A DNA stretch of 64,000 bases from Macrostomum lignano (taxonomy: Eukaryota), in the NCBI GenBank assembly GCA_002269645.1, contig NIVC01001852.1, positions 62,001-126,000 of the forward strand, given 5' to 3'. This document shows, one piece after another, positions 15,732 to 29,084 of this stretch. Position numbers and translations under genes: made by a program. Numbering within the stretch: the first letter of the stretch is position 1; each line of letters begins with the position of its first letter. The notes under the pieces were generated by a model, which saw only the letters and a program-made list of their open reading frames with translations, had not been told where the DNA came from and did not search any database.

Positions 15732-18700
15732 CACCTAGCATGCATTTTATAGAATCATATGGAAGAGTCAGTGTTAAGTAGAGAAAGGATGAAAAAAGTT
15801 TTCCAGTTTTTTTAAAGCTTGTAAGCTTTTAAAGCTTATGCTTTTTATGCTTTTAAAGCTTTTAAAGCATTTAAACAAATTTTTGCATGCATCAATTTTT
15901 TGCTATAAATAATATAATTGAAAAAGCATAAAAATCAACCAAATTATTTGCCAAAAGGGTTATTTTATGGTCATTAAATGTTATTAACCTAAAGGTCATA
16001 AGGTCGCAATATGCCAATACTAGCATAGTTTTGGAAATAGGTATGTATATCATGCATGCAATTTTTTGGCATTCATTTGTAATTATTCAATTTTTGTTTG
16101 GGTATGCACACTTAGCATGATCTGGACTATGGCCCTTTCTCTACATAGCTCTAGCTATAGCTTTGGTGATAGGCCTAGCTATTTGAAGTTAGTATAGTTA
16201 TAGCCTTACTATAAGTATAACTTTAGTAAAATAGTATTAGCAGTTAAAATTATAATAGAGACAGGAGAGCTGCCCCATTACAATATTAAGTATATATAAA
16301 GTGTTATATACAGGATAGAATTCTTGCTCGGGGGAAGGGAAAAGGGGCGCACACATTTTTGGAGCAGCGCAAGCGCGCACACCAGCGCGCAGGACAGCTG
16401 TAATAAAATCAAAATGCAGATCATGGTGGGCCCATGCACTAAAAAATGAAATTTCTAGTTTTTCAATTTGTGGCAGTTGGGTACCACTTAATTGATATTT
16501 GAACTAATAACCATTACTTTAATAACTCATTTAAAAGAAAACTGCTACAAACGTTAAATTTTTGTCCGCTCATTGTTCAATTTTTGTCACATTTCCATTG
16601 ACTGGAGGTTCTAGAAATTGTTCTGTTCTTCCTTTGGTTGGAAAAGTAGTCTTCCCCTCTGGAATCTTGGTCAAAACTTTTGTTTTAATTTTGTTGCTTG
16701 CATGTTTGTGAGCTGTTCCATCGGTAGTCTCTACACATGGGATTTTTGGTCCAGTAGTGTATCCAGCGGCATCCCCATTCACTGATTGTAACCTCCTTTT
16801 TTAATATTTATACTGCCTTGATGTGCTGCCTAATTTTCAACTCCCTTTTCCTTTTTCTTTTCCTTTTGCGTATGACAGTTTTAACGTTCCGTAATATGTA
16901 AATTACAGTGGTGGCAGCAACTACCCTACTGAAAGTAACAAGTTTAACATATCGATGCCTCAGTTTATGGAGTCAGAATCTCTAGTGATTTATCATCTGA
17001 ACAACCGTGCCACTCTATGACCGCTCTGCTATGATTACGACTACCCTCCCCTTGACTTGAGACTTGAGAATCTGGCTGTTGGAGTAAAGCAGGAGAAAGA
17101 AAATTTCTTTGTGATTTGTCTGCGCGATTTCTTTGGATTAATTCGTGCAAAAGCAATGCCGATGGGTTTCGAAGAAACCTTGAAGTACCCAATTTGTTTG
17201 AATTACCAAGTTATTAAATTTTCTTTCTCCACCCCTCCTCAAATTCTTATGCTGATGTAAATTAGAAAGTTGTACTTCAAGTGTAAAGTAGCTTGAACAC
17301 TATAATTTTTAAAGAAAATAATCTTTGAAAATTATAAGAGTTTCACTAAACTTTAAAGTAACTGTTTTTGCTAAAAACTATTATTCTTTGTTTTACTTTT
17401 GTTTAAAATTTTCTGGCGTAAAAACAACCTTCCAGACTATGGGCATTCTCAAAACTTGGGACACTAGTAGTGAAAATACTATTTTCTAAAGGAATCAGTT
17501 AACCAGCGATGTTAAACACAAAATTAGTGATGACATATTGCGAAGAGATGGATAAAAGCAGAGAAAACACTTTAATTTACAATTAGAAGCTGATTTGTTT
17601 ATTTGCACTATCAGAAAATTACAAGACTGATTTCTATATGCTAAATATAATATTAAGAGAAAATATTTTTACTTGAAAACATAAAAGTATAGCACAACTA
17701 AACCAGCATTTAATTAATGTCTTTTTTTCGATAATATGGGACTGTGTATTTGTTAATATGTTAATTTTTTATTACACCGAATGATTTTGATTTCCCAAAC
17801 AGAGAATGTATTAAATTGACATAATTTATTGCGCTTAGCTGCAATACCACGCTACAGCTACGTGATGTATAAAAAAATTAAGTTACTAGTCCATAGATTT
17901 TCTATGTGCTTGCTTATTTGTTTCCTGCTTTCTTCCTCTTTCTTCTATTTCTTTGAAAGTAGAAATAAAACATCTTAACTGTCATAATAATCATTATCAT
18001 AACTAATAAATCAATACAGGAACTCCATTAACTGAACTGAATTTATTGAAAGAATCCAAAGGGCTACATCGTTTAAATAAATAGCTTATCATAACTGGTA
18101 GCTGAAACAAGCAATCTAAATATAAATTTTCATTTCTGCACAATATAAGATTTCTCAGGACATCAATATTTATTATTATTACTGATATTACAGCCAGATT
18201 TATATGGAAAATTTAGGAAAAATTAAAACACTTTTATACCTCAACTCTCATACTGACTTTTCAATATGATATACTATGCTCTTTTAAATATATCTTACTG
18301 CAGGTATCAATTTGGTAATTAGCAATTTCGATTTAAATTAGGTAAAATTGAATGAGAAACTTAATTAAAAACCAACTGTAATGTATTTGTAAAGTATTTT
18401 GTATAGTATAAGGCTGAAAACTGAAAAAATTCACTTGTCAAAAATCATCTCAACTAGAATTTTCAAATTGTATTTCAAATACATTTATATGCTTAATAAG
18501 AAATACTAATACTGATCAAAATTTGATTTAAAAATGATCACAATGCTTATAAGATTAAATTTAATGCCAAAATTACCAGCATAGTTGGTGAATTCATAAT
18601 GTGGCATATTTTATGAGAAATATATACATCTAGAAGCAACAACATGGCAATTGCATTGCAGTTGTGCATTAGGAGTAATTGTAGTTTTTCATGTGTCAGA

Positions 18701-18899
18701 ATAATGGGGAACTTATATTATTGGCACCATATAATCCATTTTGCAGATAGTCAATCTCAATCTACTGTTTTACTTTTTTAGCTTGTAGCTTAGGTCTGGT
18801 TTATATAAAATCTTGCAGGACTGGACTGTAATCTGGAAGAAGCTGCTCCACATCATCATCCACCAATTGTATATAAAATTATTTCAAGTCATTTTTCTT

Positions 18900-19308
18900 C
18901 CATTGAATGAGCAGAATGCTGCACAGAATGTTGCACAAATGCCGAGAGAAAGCAGAGGCAAGGGAATAAAGGAGAAGAGAGGTGAAGAGAAGAAAAATGA
19001 ATTAGGAGAGGAGAGAGAAGAGAAGGAAGAATAAAAAAGAGAGGAAGAAAAGAGAGGAGAGGAGAAGAGAGAGAAGGGAGAAGAGAGAAGATGAGAGGAG
19101 AGGGGACAAGAGAAGAGAGAAGGGAGAGAAGGGGAGGGGAGAGAGGAAAGGAGAGAGAAAGGAGAGGAAAGGAGAAGAGAGAAGAAGAGAGAAGAGAAGA
19201 GAACTGAAAAGAGACACAAACCTTGAGCAGGCCAGATTTCTATTATGAAGTTTTAAAGAACCCAAGGGTTTTGAGGGCCTCATTTGGTCAACAGGCTTGC
19301 CGCCTCTA
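18900..19308 (-). mobile_element. hAT-like MITE carrying a GA/CT tract (left boundary approximate)
   Basis: The reverse complement of 19210-19308 matches 58974-59070 (cccttgggt.cttt.aaacttca..atag.aatc.ggcc...ctcttttcag). Confidence 0.6.
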
Positions 19309-19418
19309 GCTTAAATTATGTGGGATCCCCCATATTCTTATCTAAAAGTGCTGATTGCCTGATTTTCTCTCCTATTTTCCTTCTATTTTCTTCTATTTTC
19401 TATTATATATTAAAATAT

Positions 19419-19592
19419 ATTGGGACACTAGAAATTGCGGGACTGGATTTTGCGCGACTGGATTCGAGTTAGACTAGAAGGTTTAGATAGAAGTTGTTGT
19501 TGTAACTGTATTTAAATCCAATTGTGTGAAATCCAGTCACACAAAATCTATTCACGTGAAATCCAGTCGCATTGAAATCTAGCATCCCAATA
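19419..19592. mobile_element. Small MITE
   Basis: Inverted termini attgggacactagaaat / aaatctagcatcccaat in an (AT)n context; internal ctggattt/aaatccag inverted repeats. Confidence 0.6.
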
Positions 19593-19879
19593 TATTTATA
19601 TTGGCTACTTAAAAAGATAACAAATTACATAATGTGCACAGATAGTTTATTAAAGAATACCAACATAACAGAAACTAAAATGGAAATAGAAACTATGCAG
19701 ATTATTTTGAATTTACAGCTTTAAGATTAGCTACTTTATGCTAGAGAAGTCCTATTATTAAAAAAGTTGTACAATCTGACATTTTTCACATTGAAAAATT
19801 AAAAAAATCTTTAAATAATGATATTATTTATAGTTCTTATATACAATTGCATCTTAAAAATGCAAAACATTATAGCTTT

Positions 19880-20790
19880 CATACCACCTTAGGGTGGGTT
19901 CTTTGTGTGTAAAGTTTTGTCTTGATTTAGTTGTCCAAGCCTGAGTTATACTGCACTTATAGACAAAATTAATGAAAAAAGCCTAAATATTGACATTATT
20001 GCTTATTATTATCTACCTAGATACTTATTTACAATTTTAAACAGTATAACTTTTGCACCACCTTATGATAGCCATAGTCCGGAAGGTGGCCTTTACGCCG
20101 GAATTTCCGGCGTAATTTTGCACTCGCTGACAATCTTGGCATACATTTGGCGTATAGAATATTCAGGTTCAACATGAAGTGTAAACAACCGGCGTACAAG
20201 AAATAGAAAAGTTCAGGGCTGATGCAATCGTGTAGTTAAATATCAATTAACCAAAGCTCTTCTGAATATAAACGGTTAACAAAACAGAAAATATTAATGA
20301 AATTTACAAGAAAAACAAAATTAAAACAAAGAATATTAGTTTTTGGAAAAAAACTGCCATTTTCAAGTAAATAATTATTTTTAAGTTTTAAAAAATACAA
20401 ATTCTTTAAAAAGTTGGCATATAAACAACTTTTGACTTGGCGTAAAAATTTTTTGAACTTTACGTTGGCGTAAAATTGAAAAGACACGAATTTTCACTCC
20501 GGCGTATGCCTGCCATGATCCGGACTATGGTATGATAGATACTTTGTGTGTGAAGTTCTATCTTGTTTTGTTTTTCCAAGTCTGAGTTATGCTGCACTTA
20601 GACTAAATTTATAAAAAAATGTTTAAATATTGACATTAATACTTATTTAATACTTTACCCATACAACTATTCAAAATTTTGAAAATCATTACTTTTGCAC
20701 CACCTCAGGATGGGTGCCTTGTGTGTAGTTTTGTTTTTAAATGATTTTCGAGGTCTGAGTTATGGTGCATTTATAGAATAAAAATTGTGC
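19880..20790. repeat. About 175-190-bp tandem repeat interrupted by a MITE
   Basis: caccacctta(g)ggtgggt...tgtgtgtaaagtttt...ctgagttat.ctgcactta recurs at about 19885, 20060/20540 and 20700. Confidence 0.7.
20072..20530. mobile_element. MITE of the CCATAG-terminus family
   Basis: 12-bp TIR CCATAGTCCGGA/TCCGGACTATGG and perfect 8-bp TSD TATGATAG (20064-20071, 20531-20538). Confidence 0.9.
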
Positions 20791-21033
20791 TCTCTGATAG
20801 TGGATATTTTTTGTGAATATGGAGTGTGCACATACCTTCTTTAAAAGCGTGCAAAAAGGCTCCTTTTTAGCGCGCATGCGCGTACAAATTTGACAAGTGT
20901 GCACAAATGCGTAACAACTTTTATGCAAGAATTCCATCCTGGTGTTACATTGCAAAAAGACTAAATAAACTCAATAAAAATAAAAACATTTTGCTTTTGA
21001 TCAAAAGTGATCATACATATAACATAGTTAGTA

Positions 21034-21247
21034 CCTAGTCCTAAGGGCCAAAAAGCATTGCAAATTAGAACCTTAGGGCCAAAAAGCATTACATAATTTT
21101 TCATAACTTTAAAATGAAAAACCAAAAAGTAGCTTAAGTCTCATTAAAGTCTATGATATTATTGTATTTTGACATCAGTATATTCCTATTCACTCAATGA
21201 GTCATGACTCATTTAGGATTACAATTAGGAGCCTTTTTAGGACTAGG
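21034..21247. mobile_element. MITE with TA target site (Tc1/mariner-type)
   Basis: TA|CCTAGTCCTAA...TTAGGACTAGG|TA. Confidence 0.65.
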
Positions 21248-23269
21248 TAACAAATATTAAGAAGTGGTGTAAAATTTTATCGAAATGGGGATTATCACAA
21301 AGAAGAAATGTCGCAATTAAAATAATATGGTTCAACAAGTTTTATACTTTTTAGATGAACACAGACTGACAGTTATTTAGGAATGTTTTAAAACTTCTTA
21401 GTTGCCAAAAATTTTAGTGGTGTATAAGATTTCGTAGAACGATGATGATATTTTAAATTTGCGCAACTTAACAAAAAACTGCCGTAAATTTATTGACAAA
21501 ATTATTAAATAAATAAAAATATTTTTACTAGTTTTTCTAATGTTTACTAGTAATCCTTTTAAAAAATCGTCAGGAATTGTGAAAGTTGTAGGTTTGGCAC
21601 AGTTTTGTTAAGATTAATTTCAAGAATCAATTTGTGGTAAGGTCGGTCTACCACTGCAGGTGAACGACGGCAAAGGCGGTCGACCAAGTTCCACGGAATG
21701 ACGGTTGACGTCTTTATGTTTTCAACGTTTGTTCCCATGCTTGTTCCCTCAGGTTTTCCCGCCCTTGCTCCTTCGTCTGCTTCTTTTGTTGTTCGCTCCC
21801 GTCCGGCCTCTGTTGTTTTATTGCTTCCAGTGGCCGAGTTTTTCCCTTTTCCTTCGTTGTCCCTTCCCTTGTCCCATCATCCGTTGCCCCACCCCCTGGG
21901 TTATCCATGCCAATTTAATCATATAAGACGCTGTTTTTGTAATCATTTGCTCATGCTTTGCCCCCCAACTAACCGAGCATTTCGACAGACTACGAATTTT
22001 ACGGTGTCAGAGGACCCAGTTTGAACGACCGTGCCGCTAAAAGACTGCTCGACTACGATTACGACTACCCTCCCCCCGGAATTGAGGACCCCGGCAGACG
22101 GAGTATCCATGAAGGAGAAGAATCAACGCATCAATTTGTGCAATTTTCCGGCTTTTCGAGTGCCGAGACAACACAAGCGGCAATTCAAGAGGCTCTTCAT
22201 ATTGCTTTTTCTGGTTCTAGAACCAGAACCAATTTGTAAAGCATAACTTTTTGTCTCCTAAACTAGAGGGATATTAGTGCTTTAAAATTGTGATAATTGG
22301 ATGGCAATAGCCAAGAAGAAAGTGAAAAATTGTGCAAAGTGAGGCTGCTAAGGCAGTCAAACATTCAGCAAAGTTAAAAAGTTATACTGCTTTTTTTCTT
22401 GGAAATCCGAACCGATTCTGGTTCTGGAGTCGATTGCCGTGAAGAGCCTCCAAGTCTCTTGGATTTTCCGGTGTTAGCTAACGACAGCAAACCGACGACT
22501 CTCCTGTTTCGCGCAATCGCTCAGTTGTTGATTTTGCAATATGGTTCAACAGAATGTTGCAGTCCTTGTTTATATTCCTCGTCCTCGTTAAGTTATAGGC
22601 CTATTCCAAATATTTAAAGCATAATATTTATAATTAATAGTAGTTTATAGCTTACTACTGAAAATTTGAAACAAAAATGCACATTTTTTCAGAGAATTAG
22701 TCAATAATCAATATTGGGATTGGATTTTAACAAGTAGATGGAGGATGGACATGGACATGTTATAATATAATACTATTAAATATTTAAATAGGCCCAAGAA
22801 AGATGTATCATGTATGCATTGATGGCTTGGCATTGATGCATTATTCCTAGGCCTAGCATCAATTGACAATTAGCATCATTAACTTTTAGGCTAGGCCTAG
22901 TCTTTATATTTATTAAGACTAAGAGTGAGTTATTAAATATTAGGCAGTGGCAATGATTTGCAGAAAAAAAGCATTGCAAGCAAATGTTGGCAAGAAAAGA
23001 AAAAAGGCATTTTTCTCAAATTGTTTGTTAATTAAACTATTGCTTTCAATGTTTTTTGCACTTGTTCCATCTAAAAAGTTGATCTTAACATGTTTTTGTT
23101 CCTACATTCCCCAAGCTATTAATTTAATTAAAACAATAAAATTAACAACTTTGTTTTTTTTGCATTTTTTCGATTTCTAGCAATTCCTAATGATTTCTAG
23201 CAATCCCTAACAATTCATAGCAATTTTTTATGATTCCTAACAATTCCTTTATTTAAAACAATTCCTACG

Positions 23270-24126
23270 CACGAGTATAACTTTGGCTATCAACTTTTCC
23301 GTCAACTTTTCGTGTTAGTAGGCTAGAATAAATAACTTTATCTGTGACTCTGTCAACTTTTCTGTTAACTATTCCGTCAACTTTTCTATTAACTTTTCCA
23401 TCAAGTATTCCATCAACTTTTCCATTATTTATTCTGTCAAGTATTCCGTCAACTTTTCTGCCAAATATCTCATCATTTTTCTGTTAACTATTTCATCAAC
23501 ATTTATGTAAGTCCGTACAATATTCTATCAAATTTTTGTGTACTCTGAATAGAAAGTGATAATTTTTTGCGCAAGTACAGTTTCCTTTGCAATTTTTATA
23601 CATGCTTTAAATTTGTTTAGTATACATGTACATGTATTATAAATTATAAATAAAAAACACATTTAAAAATTTCTAGCGCGACATATTATAGAATTTGATT
23701 GGTATTGCTGCACTACTTACACTACAACATCTGCACTTGTTCATCGATTTATCTTTGTGAAATAAAGTGCTAATACTAGGGAAAATAGAAAAGATACAAA
23801 TTGTTACTGACGCAGACTTGTTTTTTCATCAATATATAAGCATGCAAACACAATAAATGATCAAAGAGCTACTCGCATGATGATCCTATTTGAGAAAGTC
23901 ACATATGTTTTTTCAGAACAATAAATTGCACTTTAATGAACTCATTTAAAGTGCAACACAGTACTTTTTTTAATTGAACACACGGGTTGCTAGAATCCTG
24001 TCCTTCCCCTAAAAAAAGTTGATAGAATACTTGATGGAAAAGTTGACGGAAAAGTTAATGGAAAAGATGACAGAAAAGTTAATAAAAAAGTTGACAGAAA
24101 AGTTGACAGCTAAAGTTATACTCATG
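23270..24126. mobile_element. Inverted-repeat element with subterminal 12-bp tandem repeats
   Basis: Left gagtataactttggctatcaacttttccgtcaactttt is the reverse complement of right aaaagttgacagaaaagttgacagctaaagttatactc. No TSD found. Confidence 0.6.
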
Positions 24127-25173
24127 GTCTGTTATGACACTAATGCTTGGAAGTGTCTATGGCCCACAGGGATAAGTTGGTTAAAGGGAAAGGAAGTATA
24201 AGCATTTAGACTTATGTTCTTACTACTAAGTTCTTGGTCTAGGTCTATCAATACTATGCTAGGCCTAAGAGGCTGCCTGGCTGGCAGCACTATCATTTAT
24301 TATAAATCTAAACTTTCAAGCTAACTAAAAGAAACATGCTGATATCAAGAAGAATGTCAAAAAAGCTTGGTTGGCAATTTTCTTGCAGAAAATTTACTCA
24401 TGGGGTAAATACACTTCAGAAAAATCTTGGTAGATAAGGCTTAATAGGAAAATCTTGGCAAATAAATCTTGGACTTGGTAGGCCTTTTAACATGTCCTAG
24501 GGCAAAAGAGTCATCCTATATTGACTAAAAATACAAAAAAATTGATGACCATTGTCCAAGTTATATGACATATGGAATTGCCCAATTGACAATTTAAAGG
24601 TCCACTGATTAGCTAGTTGACAAATCAACCTAAGGGTAATAACAATTTGATTAGGATCCTAGAATGCTTTATTTTGTCTAAAGAAAGGAAAATACTTATA
24701 AGGCCTATTGTTAATAAATTGTACAAGTCTAAAATATAAAACAAATCTATATTATAATGCCTAGCTATCTATAGCCTAGCTAATCCTGCTAGGATAGATA
24801 TATCAAAGTGTTAGCTATAAACCACATATATTATATTAGAATGGCTAGATTAGCCACTTAGGTATATATACTTAGCAAAATAGCTTTCTACTTTTAGTTT
24901 AGTAGCAATAAAGAATATATAGGCCTAAGCTATTATACAAGAATAAAGATAGTTTCAATAAATTTGATAAGTTTAAAAGCTAATCTTGCAAATTTAAACA
25001 GCTTGATAATTTGGTTTAGCCATAATATAATATTAGCCACTGTACAAAGCAGATTTAAGGTTGAACAACTGAAGGTAGGACTAATAAAATTAGGTAATAG
25101 CATAGGAATAAAGCTTCTATGTAATGTAGAATTAGAGGGTTTAAGCTTTGAGATTCAAACCAATACTTATAAA

Positions 25174-25345
25174 CATACATGCGCAACTTTGGGAATCACC
25201 CGGCCATTTCTATTGGCAACACACACATGTAAGTCGCTATTGGCTAAGAGCAGTCACGTGACTACTATTCCGTCCAATAGTGACTTACATATGTATGTTG
25301 CCAATAGAAATGGCCAAGTGAATCCAAAGGTTGCGCCCAAGCATG
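25174..25345. mobile_element. Short hairpin-type MITE of the CATACATG family
   Basis: Termini CATACATGCGCAAC...GTTGCGCCCAAGCATG, TSD CTTATAAA/CTCATAAA, internal palindrome ggccatttctattggcaaca...tgttgccaatagaaatggcc. Confidence 0.85.
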
Positions 25346-26199
25346 CTCATAAATAAGCCTTGTCTTTATAAATACACTAAAATAATTTAGTTTAACTTAC
25401 TATTGAACTAAAAGTTGTTTGAATGCAAATGTGCTAAGTGGCCTATCTAGTTATTCTAGTATATCCATATACTATAAACGCTTTGTGTATGTGTGTAATT
25501 AATTTTAGGAAAAAACTGTTTAACCAGTTTTCTTCAAAGTTGCACTATTCAATCAGAAATTTTCCTATGACAATATATGCATTGTGGCTAAGAAATTGCC
25601 CAATGCTATAGGGATTAAATATAAAAAACATGCTTTTTGCAAAGGTCAAACAGCTTTTTTGACTTGAAATGCATTGTAAAAATGCTAGACAAAACTGACT
25701 GATTGAATTCTGATTCTGAAATAGATTGTATCACACTAAGCTTTTTATTTATTTGTACTAACTTAGTATGAGTATTAAATAAGTGCTAAAAATTCATTTT
25801 ATAAAATCAACCAGAGCTACCTAGATATAAACAGACTACACTGCCAATGCAATAACCTAGGTTCAAATCTTTGTAGTTAAATTTTTTATCCAAAGCTTTT
25901 ACTAAAGGATTCATTAAATAATTATTGAATAGCTAAAAAGGATTTTTTGCACTAGCTGAGATATGGAATATTGCACTAGCTAAGAAAAGGATTACTGCAC
26001 TAGCTTAGAAAATAATTATTGCATTAGCTGAGATGGATTATTGCACTGGTTGAAAAGGATAGCCACCCTTGTCAAGCTTTTAGCCAAGCTCATATTGCAC
26101 TGGCTGATACATAGATTATTGCACTACCTGAGAGCTATTATTGCATTAGCTGAGGAAATTGTTGCATTAGCTACTTGCTTTCTGGTGGATGCTTGCTAT

Positions 26200-26320
26200 T
26201 TAGGGATGCTTGCTATCTGGGGGGGGGGGGGGCTGTTTGATATCTCGGGGATGCTTGCTATCTGAGGGATGCTTGCTATCTGTGGGATGCTTGCTATCTG
26301 TGGGATGCTTGCTATCTGAG
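26200..26320. repeat. About 19-bp minisatellite
   Basis: gggatgcttgctatct(gt) tandem copies. Confidence 0.85.
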
Positions 26321-26799
26321 ATATTGTAACTTTAAAGATTTCTGACTGATATATTGTTTTATAACCTAGGCTTGCATTTTTGGTGGCATGCATAAATGTT
26401 GAATAAAAGCATTTTTTTAATTTGTTTTATTAATATTCCAACATACATGTATATTGTTATATTAATCGCATACATACAGTATATGCTATCAGTTTCTTCA
26501 AATAGTAAGCTGTTTGTTGACTTTAAGCTTGAAAATTAAAGACTTGAAACTTTGTTTTAAGCTAATGGACATCATTTTGAGGATTTATCATGAGTCTGTC
26601 TCTCCTTTGTTTGATGTACTGTACTGTAACAAGCAAGATTTTCATTTTTAGTATATTGGATTGGGTTTGGCTACCCTGTTTCGGTCCTCAGAGACTGTAA
26701 AATGGGGCCAGATACTCTACTAGCATTAAAAATTTACCAGCATTTGACGAATAGTTTTAACCCAGTTTCAAATCGCTTACAAAACAATGGACTTATTGC

Positions 26800-27261
26800 A
26801 TGTCTGATCAAGCGTCTCACAGTAGACAACGCGAAGCTGCGGCCGCCGCCGCCGCTCGCATTGCCAGCAGCGACGAGGACGACGCCAGCTCGAATGGCGA
26901 CGATGAGGACAGTCTGGACTTTGATCCGTCTTATTATGACAACACGGACGAGGATATGCTAGATGGAGCCAGCGCCGACTGTCGCTCGCAACCTCAGCAT
27001 CAGGAATATGAGACTCTGTCTGTGCCGCAGGTTGAGCAGCTGCTCAACGAAGCCGTTGAAGCCGCCTGCTCAGCTCTGGAACTTCGTCCTGCCACAGCCA
27101 GGCGATTATTAATTGCCTATAATTGGAATTTGGCCGCTTTGGAAACCGAATGGCGTCGGGATCGGCGCGCGGTGATGCAGAAGGCGCGGATTTTGCCGCC
27201 AGATCCCTGCGTGTCCGGTGCTCAGCGTCCGCCGCTGGGGGCGCCGATGCCTAAGCCACAG
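26800..27261 (+). CDS. ARIH2: Ariadne-2-like RBR E3 ligase, exon 1 (acidic N-terminus, UBA-like)
   Basis: ATG at 26800, acidic tract, then YETLSVPQVEQLLNEAVEAACSALELRPATARRLLIAYNWN. Donor CAG|GTAGAC, phase 0, 154 codons. Confidence 0.88.
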
Positions 27262-27519
27262 GTAGACTAATATCGATTACATTGTGCGCGTTGGGGGGTG
27301 TAATCATAAAAATTTACAGGGGCTGTAGTGCACCCTGATGCGCAATGCTTTCGGTGACTTCGTCCAGCAACACCAGCGCTGAAGCAGGTCTGCCCATTCT
27401 GCTGACTTCTACAAGCCCGTCAATACTGTACGCAGAATTACACAGGATTTGCAGCGGCCCTGACCTTCTAATCGTTAGCCGTGATGCCATTTACGAAAAT
27501 CATTAAATCAAGAATGGCA

Positions 27520-28370
27520 TGGTAGATACAGTAGGTATTGCTATAGGTAGATAAAAGTAGGTATTGCTATGGGTAGATACAGTAGGTATTGCTATAGGTA
27601 GATACAGTAGGTATTGCTATGGGTAGATACAGTAGGTATTGCTATGGGTAGATACAATAGGTATTGCTATAGTTAGATACAGTAGGTATTGCTATGGGTA
27701 GATACAGTAGGTATTGCTATAGTTAGATACAGTAGGTATTGCTATGGGTAGATACAGTAGGTATTGCTATAGGTAGATAAAAGTAGGTATTGCTATAGTT
27801 AGATACAGTAGGTATTGCTATGGGTAGATACAGTAGGTATTGCTATAGGTAGATACAGTAGGTATTGCTATGGGTAGATACAGTAGGTATTGCTATGGGT
27901 AGATACAGTAGGTATTGCCATGGGTAGATACAGTAGGTATTGCTATGGGTATATACAGTAGATATTGCTATGGGTTGATACAATAGGTATTGCTATGGGT
28001 AGATACAGTAGGTATTGCTATGGGTAGATACAGTAGGTATTGCTATAGGTAGATACAGTAGGTATTGCTATGGGTAGATACAGTAGGTATTGCTATGGGT
28101 ATATACAGTAGATATTGCTATGGGTTGATACAATAGGTATTGCTATGGGTAGATACAGTAGGTATTGCTATAGGTAGATACAGTAGGTATTGCTATAGGT
28201 AGATAAAAGTAGGTATTGCTATGGGTAGATACAGTAGGTATTGCTATGGATAGATATAGTAGGTATTGCTATGGATAGATATAGTAGGTATTGCTATGGG
28301 TAGATAAAGTAAGGTATTGCTATTGGTAGATACAGTAGGTATTGCTCTAGGTGGATATAGTAGGTATTCT
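27520..28370. repeat. 25-bp minisatellite in ARIH2 intron 1
   Basis: Unit gtagatacagtaggtattgctatgg. Confidence 0.95.
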
Positions 28371-28572
28371 TATTGGTAACTATAAATATATATGGCTATG
28401 GTAGACAGTTATAATTATGGTAAATAGAGAAGCTTAAAAGGCATAGACAGGACAGGCTCTTACTCTTAATGCTGTGATAGACAGCTTTATATAGTCTTGA
28501 TGTAAAATTAATGAATTAATTACGTTAGTAAACAGCTACATACCCAAATGCCAAATTCGCTTCTTAATGCAG

Positions 28573-29064
28573 GTAATGCAGCCAGGAATAGCCTGCCAAA
28601 TCTGCTGCCTACCAACCAGCCCAAACGTGACAGTCAAAGGCTTAGCCTGCGGTCACGTTTTCTGCACAGACTGCTGGCAGGCCTACGTAGCCACCCAGCT
28701 GCAGGCTAGCAAAGCCGATGTACAGTGCATGGAGCGGGACTGCGCACTGCTGGCCACTGACGATCTAGTTCTAGCCTGCCTGACCGATCCGGCTGTAAGG
28801 CGAAGATTTCACGAGGTTTCATTCCGAGCCCAGATTAGTTCGCATCCTCAGCTGGCCTTCTGCACTCGGTCGGATTGCACCGGCGTGCTGAGGGCTAAAC
28901 AGCGGGACGCCAGGCTGGTTGTGTGCGCCCAGTGCAAGTCGGCGTTCTGCTTCGCCTGCGGCTTGGATTACCATGCTCCAACTGATTGCGCTCTGATTAA
29001 ACGGTGGCTGTTGAAGTGCAGAGACGATTCGGAGACTGCTAATTATATAAGCGCGCATACTAAG
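28573..29064 (+). CDS. ARIH2: ARIH2-like exon 2 (RING1 + IBR)
   Basis: CQICC...LACGHVFCTDCW...CMERDC; IBR CTRSDC...CAQCKSAFCFACGLDYHAPTDC; KCRDDSETANYISAHTK is near-identical to ARIH2. AG and GTGAGA boundaries, phase 0. Confidence 0.95.
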
Positions 29065-29084
29065 GTGAGACTTGCTGACAGGCG

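Noticed and set aside
27520-28370. Regular arrays that could be mistaken for CRISPR
   Set aside because: No unique spacers; they are simple tandem minisatellites in a eukaryotic intron (same for 33400, 54040 and 57540).
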